Shown here piece by piece: positions 7,127-12,662 of a stretch of DNA of 12,662 bases. A model generated the notes under the pieces. The model was not told where the DNA came from. It saw nothing but the letters and a program-made list of their open reading frames with translations, and made no database searches. A program made the translations under genes and the position numbers. The stretch's first letter is position 1; each line of letters begins with the position of its first letter. The DNA comes from PVC group bacterium (GTDB lineage Bacteria; GCA-001730085; JADFSZ01): positions 1 through 12,662 of the forward strand of contig JADFSZ010000031.1 in assembly GCA_022560555.1 (NCBI GenBank), given 5' to 3'.

Positions 7127-8157
7127 AAAAATCCGGAAAATTCTTTTCTCAGGCGATTCATAAATGAAACGGTCGCATCAGAAATCATTTTCTCCGAATC
7201 TAAAATAGCACTTTTTCGTTCCATCAGTACTTGCTCTGAGATAAATTTTAAATCATCAATATTATACAGATACACATCGGGTAATTTCCCCGCCGCTTCT
7301 TCTACGTTACGAGGGACTCCTAGATCAATCATGAACAAGGCCCGTCCTTTGCGCTGCTTCGCCCATTGTTGGACGCGTTCTTTTGTAATCACAGGTTTGT
7401 CAACCGCTACAGATGTCACGAGGATATCTGCCTCGAGAATCTGTGAATCCAGCGAATGGTACCCAAAACTTTTTGCTTGAATCGTTGTTGCCAAAGACTC
7501 AGCCCTTTCCGGGGTCCGGCTTGTGATAAAAATATTCGTTACGCTTTTGTTTTTAAATGCTTTGCACAGCTGAGTTGCGACGTCTCCGGCCCCGATGGAC
7601 ACTATGGTTTTTTCGTGAAGTTTAAAAAAGATTTTCTGAGACAGATCAACGGCAATAGAAGCCACACTTAATTTCCCTTGATTGATAGGGGTATGGGTCC
7701 TCACTTTTTTTCCTATCGAAAAAGACTTCTGAAAAAGAACATTCAGCACTTTTCCCGTAATATGATCATTGAAAGCGCGATTATAGGCCTCTTTCACTTG
7801 GCCTAATATTTCATTTTCCCCTATGACCATGGAGTCGAGACCGGAGGTCACGCGAAACAAATGATGCACAGCATCATTTTGAGTTTTAAAATAACACTTA
7901 TCTTCAAATTGGTCCGGGGAAAGACCTGCCATAGCACTCAGACCCTCCAAGACTTTCTTTTTGGCGTACTCTTCATCCCGTGTCACGCCATAGAATTCCG
8001 TTCTGTGGCATGTCGACAGCGGAGTAAGCTCATAGATCATCCCGTGATTCCCCACCACTTGAGAGAAGCTATCATAATTCCTATCATTGATAGCCAGCTT
8101 TTCCCTAAGATCAATGGGCGCCGTTTTATGGCTGATTCCAAGAACGAATATCTTCAT
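7117..8157 (-). CDS. hemA: Glutamyl-tRNA reductase, short form
   Basis: MKIFVLGISHKTAPIDLREKLA, LSTCHRTEFY (catalytic Cys), SGLDSMVIGENEILGQVK, FQKSFSIGKKVR, IGAGDVA (NADPH fold) and DLGVPRNV are colinear with E. coli HemA. The protein ends at 346 aa, near where the C-terminal dimerisation domain of longer HemA proteins begins. Confidence 0.9.
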   Translation of the reverse strand: MKIFVLGISHKTAPIDLREKLAINDRNYDSFSQVVGNHGMIYELTPLSTCHRTEFYGVTRDEEYAKKKVLEGLSAMAGLSPDQFEDKCYFKTQNDAVHHLFRVTSGLDSMVIGENEILGQVKEAYNRAFNDHITGKVLNVLFQKSFSIGKKVRTHTPINQGKLSVASIAVDLSQKIFFKLHEKTIVSIGAGDVATQLCKAFKNKSVTNIFITSRTPERAESLATTIQAKSFGYHSLDSQILEADILVTSVAVDKPVITKERVQQWAKQRKGRALFMIDLGVPRNVEEAAGKLPDVYLYNIDDLKFISEQVLMERKSAILDSEKMISDATVSFMNRLRKEFSGFFQS

Positions 8158-8163
8158 AATCTA

Positions 8164-8191
8164 TTTATTGAAAATACCTTTTTATTGAAAA
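8164..8191. repeat. 11-bp perfect direct repeat TTTATTGAAAA, two copies at 17-bp period, in the hemX-like/hemA intergenic gap
   Basis: The copies lie at 8164-8174 and 8181-8191 and fill most of the 36-bp gap between the stop at 8194 and the hemA start at 8157. Confidence 0.8.
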
Positions 8192-8193
8192 AT

Positions 8194-8991
8194 TCAAGCG
8201 CTTGTGCTGTGCGCCAGACAGACCACACACAAAAATACAATATAGACAAATATGGACGCATACGCGAGACGCGTTCGTCCTTCCAATAATTTCTGTTTCC
8301 AAACAATCAAGGCGGCATATAGAACGAGAACAAGTCCTGATAAAAAATATGTTGGATCAGATAGAAGGGTTGTGCCCGGATTATCTCTTTGGAGCACGAT
8401 CAGGCCCTTCAAGAACCCCCCCGCGAATGCAATTGTCCCTACCCACAGGGCCACATCGTTAAGACGATTCGTGAGCTCGAGCGACGGCAGACGAAATAGA
8501 AGAGGGCGGAAAGCTTTTTCTTTAATAAAGTAGGCTTCCATCAGGTACAGAAGCGAAAAGATAAAGGATAACGAAAAAGCGGCCAAAGCGATAAAAACAA
8601 GAAACGTATGCCCGCCGAGAAAGAAGCCTATATGATCGACAACAGCAAGTTCCCGGTTAAAGACAATCGCAAGAATCGAAAGCACAAGGGAAACTCCGCC
8701 AAGAACAATCGGACCGAAACTGAGGCTAAACATAATTTCCGCGAATACATAAACAACGCCGAGAATCACGATAGACAGAAGAAACCCGTTTTCAAAACCT
8801 GTGATCAACCACGTTTGATTGGCAACAAGACGGCTAATAAGCAGAGAGCCAATTAACCCGGTTGCAAGGAGATATCCCCCTTTAGATAAGGAAAGACATA
8901 TGGGACCCCGCCCGGCTCCCGCGATACTCGCAAGTCCCATGGAAAGAATATAAATCCCGATTGCAAAATATAGAAAGCTTTGGGGGAACAT
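8194..8991 (-). CDS. Cytochrome c assembly family membrane protein (HemX/YpjD/CcsA-like)
   Basis: 265 aa with about 8 hydrophobic helices. The block AAFSLSFIFSLLYLMEAYFIKEK matches the conserved core I recall from HemX/CcsA-family proteins. I saw no Trp-rich WWD heme-handling motif, so it is more HemX/YpjD-like than a true CcsA. It lies adjacent to hemA, as in hemAX loci. Confidence 0.65.
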   Translation of the reverse strand: MFPQSFLYFAIGIYILSMGLASIAGAGRGPICLSLSKGGYLLATGLIGSLLISRLVANQTWLITGFENGFLLSIVILGVVYVFAEIMFSLSFGPIVLGGVSLVLSILAIVFNRELAVVDHIGFFLGGHTFLVFIALAAFSLSFIFSLLYLMEAYFIKEKAFRPLLFRLPSLELTNRLNDVALWVGTIAFAGGFLKGLIVLQRDNPGTTLLSDPTYFLSGLVLVLYAALIVWKQKLLEGRTRLAYASIFVYIVFLCVVCLAHSTSA

Positions 8992-8999
8992 AGCGGATT

Positions 9000-9028
9000 A
9001 TCATACGTCCCATTGGTAAAAAATGCAA
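9000..9028 (-). promoter_or_regulatory. Putative sigma70-type promoter for the hemX-like/hemA unit
   Basis: On the minus strand: TTGCAT (9028-9023), a 17-nt spacer, then TATGAT (9005-9000). ATG 8991 lies only 8 nt downstream and no SD is visible. Confidence 0.35.
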
Positions 9029-9127
9029 TTTATTGTCTTTCCGGCTTAGGATTTGTTAAGGAGAAGACGACATTAAGCTGCTGAAAATCAAGACCCTACA
9101 AAGAATTAAAGAAAAACCATGCCCAGA

Positions 9128-9910
9128 CTATTGACCAAACATGTTACTGATCAAAACGGTAAATGTCAGCATAAAGGAGAGTCCGATCATGCATCCCCAC
9201 GCGGTGATAACTTTTCCTCCCTTTTCCATAGCGTCAGGAAGCATTTCGGAAATAACCAAATAAATCATGGCTCCTGCCGCAAAGCCCAATCCAACAGGTA
9301 AAAGCGGGTCAAAGATATGAACCGCTAATGCGGAGGGAACAGCTAAGAGCGGTTGCGGCAGGCTGGACACAATGGAAATCCCTGCACACTTCTTTGTCGA
9401 AACACCCTTATTGTGAAGAGGCAACGAAATGGCCATCCCCTCAGGAATATTGTGTACACCGATGGCCAGGGCCATCATAATTCCAAACCCCAGATCACCG
9501 GTGGCAAAACCGACACCAATCGCGATCCCTTCCGGGATGGAATGAATGAACATCGCAAGAAAAATCATGATCCCTTGAACACCCATTTGATCCCGTGCTT
9601 TTTTTAAATAGTGGGATTCCTCATGAAGAAATTTCTCTGTGAGCCAAAAGAAGGTCGCGCCTAATAATAGTCCGCCTATCACGCTATAGGGAGCAAGGGG
9701 ATATCGTGATTGAAGATTAATACCTTCTTGAACAAGAGAAAACGCGGACGCGGAAAGCATCATGCCGGCCGCAAAAGCGATCGAAAAGCTTTGCAGCACA
9801 TTGGAATCCCTCCGGAGAAAGTGAACAGGAAGAGCGCCAATCCCCGTAGCGAGAGCACTAGCAACTCCCGCCCATAGGGTCCATTGAATAATCGAGTAAT
9901 TAACATCCAT
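9128..9910 (-). CDS. ZIP family divalent metal (zinc) transporter, ZupT/GufA-like
   Basis: 260 aa and polytopic. The paired ZIP signatures HSIPEGIAIGVGF and HNIPEGMAISLPL are present. Confidence 0.9.
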   Translation of the reverse strand: MDVNYSIIQWTLWAGVASALATGIGALPVHFLRRDSNVLQSFSIAFAAGMMLSASAFSLVQEGINLQSRYPLAPYSVIGGLLLGATFFWLTEKFLHEESHYLKKARDQMGVQGIMIFLAMFIHSIPEGIAIGVGFATGDLGFGIMMALAIGVHNIPEGMAISLPLHNKGVSTKKCAGISIVSSLPQPLLAVPSALAVHIFDPLLPVGLGFAAGAMIYLVISEMLPDAMEKGGKVITAWGCMIGLSFMLTFTVLISNMFGQ

Positions 9911-9933
9911 AAGTCAAAATAGCCTCTAAACCG

Positions 9934-9965
9934 TGTATTATATTTTATTTGGCTAAAATAATACA
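9934..9965 (-). promoter_or_regulatory. Inverted repeat overlapping a perfect -10 box upstream of the ZIP gene (candidate operator plus promoter)
   Basis: TGTATTAT (9934-9941) and ATAATACA (9958-9965) are perfect 8-bp inverted arms. With a 2-nt bulge they extend to about 12 bp. The minus-strand TATAAT lies at 9942-9937 inside one arm, 27 nt upstream of ATG 9910. Confidence 0.4.
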
Positions 9966-10060
9966 GGCATAAATCAGCACAGATGATAGAGACTGTAGCA
10001 TTGTTAAGGTCTGAATTTATGAAGCTTAGATGAGTTTTAAAAAATTTATGCGGGAAAACC

Positions 10061-10432
10061 CTAAGACTGTGAGCCTGAGAAGGATTTCACAAGTTGCTCA
10101 ATGGAGGATGTATCATGTTCTGTCATCTGTTGGAATTTTAAGGCGGTTTCGATCATGCCTTGATCGGTTTTTTCGGATCGAATCACTTCGGCATAAATTG
10201 TGAGCGGTTCCGCTTGATCCGGGATACGGACGCGTAAGCCGAGAACACTCCCGGACTCAAATGTTTCCAAAGAGGTCACTTTCATTCCGCCGATTGAGAG
10301 ATCCCCTGATTTAACAAAAATATCTTTGGCGCCCTTCACAGACGTGTTTTGATTAAATATTTTCCAATTGAGGATATGTTTATAAGGGATACGAACATAC
10401 TGGCGGCGGTCATTTTTGGGATCAACACTCAT
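10061..10432 (-). CDS. Single-domain PilZ protein (predicted c-di-GMP receptor)
   Basis: It carries the canonical PilZ motifs RRQYVR (RxxxR) and DLSIGG (DxSxxG). ATG 10432 is preferred because AAGGAG ends 6 nt upstream of it. That same AAGGAG directly abuts the ORF-track start at 10438. Confidence 0.8.
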   Translation of the reverse strand: MSVDPKNDRRQYVRIPYKHILNWKIFNQNTSVKGAKDIFVKSGDLSIGGMKVTSLETFESGSVLGLRVRIPDQAEPLTIYAEVIRSEKTDQGMIETALKFQQMTEHDTSSIEQLVKSFSGSQS

Positions 10433-10485
10433 GTCCATCTCCTTGGGGCAAACAATTCTGATGTCACATATCTTAGCATAATTTT

Positions 10486-10527
10486 AAGAAAAAACCCTTG
10501 CTATTCATGTCATATAGCAAGGGTTTT
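10486..10527 (-). terminator. Rho-independent terminator ending the ECF sigma operon
   Basis: Perfect 14-bp inverted repeat AAAACCCTTGCTAT (10491-10504) / ATAGCAAGGGTTTT (10514-10527) with a 9-nt loop. On the minus-strand transcript the stem is followed by UUUUUUCUU. It lies 30 nt downstream of the stop at 10557. Confidence 0.8.
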
Positions 10528-10556
10528 GTGCATAACCTTCGGTGGTTTTAGCGCTT

Positions 10557-11090
10557 TTATTCCTCAGTCTGAGAACGTCTATTTTGCCGGCCATGCTGTC
10601 CGTAATGACCCTTGCGGTTTTTCTTTTTTGACTGAAAATTTTCGTGCATGGTCTGAAACTGCTCAGCCGTCAAGATTTCACGCATTCTAATCATTCTTTC
10701 TACCCTGGCATCCATCTGCTCAGCATTCAATGCTTTGATTTCATCGTTAAGCCGATAGATAGTTTCCAGATTGAGAGTTTCATTTTGGAATTCTGCTCTT
10801 AACGCTTCTCTTTTAGCATGGATTTGTTCTCGTGCTTCTTTACCGGCATGAGGACCTTCTTTTTTTTGTGCCTTCAGAGCTTCCGCCTGCTCATCTGTTA
10901 AGTTGAGGAGCTCTTTTAACTTTTCAAAATGCTTGCCCTCACCTTTCGGTCCTTGCCCATTTTTTTCAAATTCCCCTTGCCGAGGAAACTTTCGCTGCGG
11001 TTCAGGAGCATCCTCATCGGAATGCGCATAAGCACCGGGGGCCCAGCACAAAACGCTTAAAATCATCACAAATATTATCTGTTTATTCAT
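10557..11090 (-). CDS. Periplasmic LTXXQ-motif protein (Spy/CpxP/ZraP/CnrX-like family)
   Basis: Signal peptide MNKQIIFVMILSVLCWAPGAYAH. There are two LTxxQ motifs (LNLTDEQAEAL and ILTAEQFQTM) in predicted long helices. The C-tail is basic and His/Gly/Arg-rich: KKKNRKGHYGQHGRQNRR. A strong SD (AAGGAGGG) lies 7 nt upstream of ATG 11090. Confidence 0.8.
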   Translation of the reverse strand: MNKQIIFVMILSVLCWAPGAYAHSDEDAPEPQRKFPRQGEFEKNGQGPKGEGKHFEKLKELLNLTDEQAEALKAQKKEGPHAGKEAREQIHAKREALRAEFQNETLNLETIYRLNDEIKALNAEQMDARVERMIRMREILTAEQFQTMHENFQSKKKNRKGHYGQHGRQNRRSQTEE

Positions 11091-11145
11091 GGTTGATCCC
11101 TCCTTTCTAGAAACTTAGACATAAGAAAATACGAATGGGTTTCAT

Positions 11146-11604
11146 TTATAAAAAGAATTCTTCAAGAAAGTATTCCTCATTTTCAAAGTCTGTCCCCATA
11201 AACTCTTCAAACTCATCCGTCAAATATAATATGGCATCTTCGTGCTCCATAACACACACGATAGGAGGTTTTATCGTTTCGGCAAATTCACGCGCGGCAA
11301 AAAAGCTGATGAGTAGAAGAGCCGCGAAGGCCAAAGGGAGAATGGGTTTTGGGAAATGAAAGATTGAAGTCCCCTTTTCTTTTTGGGTTTCAATCCTATT
11401 CTTAATGTTCTGCCAATCGTCATCCGGCACGGAATGTTTTTGAGCCGTCTCCATGGGAAGAATGACTTCCGTCGCGTGATTGAAAAACTCCATACACGTG
11501 GGACATTGATCGAGGTGCTCGTCCACGACCTTTTTTTGCTCGGGGGAGATCTCCTTATTAAGATAGTCGTTTAGTAGTATATCTTGTATTTGCTCACAAT
11601 TCAT
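11146..11604 (-). CDS. Membrane-spanning anti-sigma factor with zf-HC2 zinc-binding motif
   Basis: MNCEQIQDILLNDYL ... EHLDQCPTC matches the H-x3-C-x2-C anti-sigma domain. There is a single TM helix (ILPLAFAALLLISFFAA), followed by a ~45-aa acidic Phe/Glu-rich tail. The start at 11604 overlaps the sigma-gene stop codon (11594-11596); an in-frame ATG at 11616 is the alternative. Confidence 0.8.
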   Translation of the reverse strand: MNCEQIQDILLNDYLNKEISPEQKKVVDEHLDQCPTCMEFFNHATEVILPMETAQKHSVPDDDWQNIKNRIETQKEKGTSIFHFPKPILPLAFAALLLISFFAAREFAETIKPPIVCVMEHEDAILYLTDEFEEFMGTDFENEEYFLEEFFL

Positions 11605-12178
11605 TTTTGACCACATCCTTTCTTAAAGTCATGAGTTTTTCTCTCGCCCTTCTTAATTTTGTTTTCACAGTATTCACATTCATTTTTAACGCGTCCGCTA
11701 TATCCTGACAGCTCAACCCTTCAATGTGTTTTAGAACCATACAGGCTCTTTCCTGAACCTGGAGTTTGCTTAAAAGCGTGTTGAGCCGTTGCTCGTTGTC
11801 AACTTGGTCCATGTGTTTATTTACATCGTTTTGCCAAGGCTTTCCTGGTTCTTCAATATGTGATTTTAATGCTTTTTCTTTAATCTTAGATTCCTTCTTG
11901 GCGGTATTAATGGCCGTGTTCATCGCAATCCGATAAAGCCAGGTTTTAAAAGAAGAATCAAACCGGAAATTTTTGAGCTTGCGGTACACAGTCAAAAAAA
12001 CCTCTTGTGACACATCTTTGGCGGTTTCCCGGTCGTTTGTGACACGCAAACTCACATTAAACACAAATCCCGCGTAATACCGGTAAATCTTTTCAAAAGC
12101 ATCCAAATCGCCGGTCGATGCTTTTTTAATGATGTCTTGTGTGATCAAATCATCCATATTATTCATTCTATTAGACAT
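11594..12178 (-). CDS. ECF-type RNA polymerase sigma-70 family factor
   Basis: 194 aa. Region 2 (DVSQEVFLTVYRKLKNFRFDSSFKTWLYRIAMNTAIN) and the region 4 HTH (LSCQDIADALKMNVNTVKTKLRRAREKL) are typical of ECF sigmas. An overlapping anti-sigma gene follows immediately. Confidence 0.9.
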   Translation of the reverse strand: MSNRMNNMDDLITQDIIKKASTGDLDAFEKIYRYYAGFVFNVSLRVTNDRETAKDVSQEVFLTVYRKLKNFRFDSSFKTWLYRIAMNTAINTAKKESKIKEKALKSHIEEPGKPWQNDVNKHMDQVDNEQRLNTLLSKLQVQERACMVLKHIEGLSCQDIADALKMNVNTVKTKLRRAREKLMTLRKDVVKNEL

Positions 12179-12304
12179 ATCTTAGCATGAAAAGGTTTCA
12201 GATTTGAGTTTGCGGGAGGCAGGCAGGCGTGTATGTATTTTTACAACAACAACTTATGAATAATTTTCTGAGAGCCAACCGGGAGATTTGTCAAACAGAT
12301 AAAA

Positions 12305-12662
12305 CTAGGGGGAAAGCCTCTCTATGAACCAGTTTCCTTGAGGATTTTTTTGATACCGCAAACGATCATTCATCCGTCCGGCGCGCCCCTGCCAAAATTC
12401 AAATAGGCTAGGAATCACCAAGTAACCTCCCCAGAAAGGAGGCCGAGGAATCTCTTTGTTTTCATATTTTTTTTCAAGTTCGCGCATACGTTCTTCTAAG
12501 ACTTCCCGTGACGCAATCACTTGAGATTGACAAGACGCCCAAGCTGACAGCTGGCTTTCACGGGGCCGGGTTTGAAAATAGGCGTCAGATTCTTCGGGGC
12601 TGATTTTTTTGACGTCTCCCTCGATGGTGACTTGACGGACAAATTGATCCCACCAAAACACG
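12305..12662 (-). CDS. pdxH: Pyridoxamine 5'-phosphate oxidase, C-terminal part (5' end lies outside the window)
   Basis: SDAYFQTRPRESQLSAWAS, PPFWGGY, FEFWQGR, NDRLRYQ and the terminal ERLSP are colinear with the E. coli PdxH C-terminus. The reading frame is open to the window edge. Confidence 0.9.
   Translation of the reverse strand, partial: VFWWDQFVRQVTIEGDVKKISPEESDAYFQTRPRESQLSAWASCQSQVIASREVLEERMRELEKKYENKEIPRPPFWGGYLVIPSLFEFWQGRAGRMNDRLRYQKNPQGNWFIERLSP

Noticed and set aside
8202-8856. Plus-strand ORFs antisense to the hemX-like gene (8202-8462, 8252-8533, 8608-8856). Similar cases occur at 7456-7671, 7861-8289, 9119-9301, 9353-9607, 10349-10690, 11135-11359 and 11383-11574.
   Set aside because: The reasoning is the same as for the other shadow ORFs. 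Each is the antisense of a gene with clear family motifs, and none has a signal of its own.
9983-10033. 16-codon plus-strand mini-ORF (MIETVALLRSEFMKLR) in the PilZ/ZIP intergenic region
   Set aside because: It has no SD, lies on the strand opposite the local transcription direction, and has a length expected by chance.
10052-10061. GGG-AAAA-CCC mini-hairpin just after the PilZ stop, considered as a possible terminator
   Set aside because: A 3-bp stem is too weak to call, even though a T-run follows on the minus strand.
11104-11113. Perfect 10-bp palindrome TTTCTAGAAA between the anti-sigma stop and the LTXXQ start
   Set aside because: It is short, AT-rich and adjacent to the SD. It is plausibly a chance occurrence, and there is no second copy or flanking structure to suggest an operator.
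12195-12200. TGAAAC on the minus strand upstream of the ECF sigma gene, resembling the -35 of ECF (SigW-type) autoregulated promoters
   Set aside because: It lies only 16 nt before ATG 12178. The matching -10 would fall on the start codon, and no CGTA/CGTC element is present. I could not support an ECF promoter call.
12217-12253. Micro-repeats (AGGC)x3 at 12217-12228 and (CAA)x3 at 12244-12253 in the pdxH/sigma intergenic region
   Set aside because: There are only three units each, too short to call a functional or phase-variable repeat. I could not pair them into a hairpin, and I could not build a terminator for pdxH from this region.
1-12662. Scan for CRISPR repeats, tRNA/rRNA-like structure, IS ends, integrase/transposase/toxin-antitoxin genes or known defence-system domains
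   Set aside because: Nothing of the kind was seen. All ORFs of 100 aa or longer are accounted for by the genes listed above or by shadow ORFs. By-eye scanning can miss degenerate repeats and small RNAs, so a covariance-model scan would be needed to exclude them.

Overview
This is a gene-dense bacterial chromosomal window with 16 supported CDSs, 12 of them on the minus strand, and only short intergenic gaps. I found no rRNA, tRNA, CRISPR array, transposase, integrase or long repeat by eye. All calls rest on motif reading only; no BLAST, HMM or folding was run.

Most genes are recognisable:
- M28 aminopeptidase
- HDAC-type deacetylase
- stand-alone CYTH/TTM enzyme
- sodium:solute symporter
- family-4/5-type Fe-S uracil-DNA glycosylase
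- glutamyl-tRNA reductase (hemA) preceded by a HemX/CcsA-family membrane protein
- ZIP metal transporter
- single-domain PilZ protein
- ECF sigma / zf-HC2 anti-sigma / LTXXQ periplasmic protein triad
- 3' part of pdxH

No known defence system or mobile element is recognisable, so much of the window looks ordinary. The best candidates for something undescribed are:
1. A tightly coupled four-gene minus-strand operon (1184-3702). Two export-signal ORFans precede the CYTH enzyme and the deacetylase. It is driven from a palindromic back-to-back divergent promoter shared with the symporter.
2. The ECF sigma / anti-sigma / LTXXQ module, which has charge-complementary periplasmic tails and sits next to PilZ and ZIP genes.
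3. An orphan HD-motif protein divergently paired with the glycosylase.

All three convergent gene pairs abut or overlap at their stop codons. Only one clean intrinsic terminator is visible.
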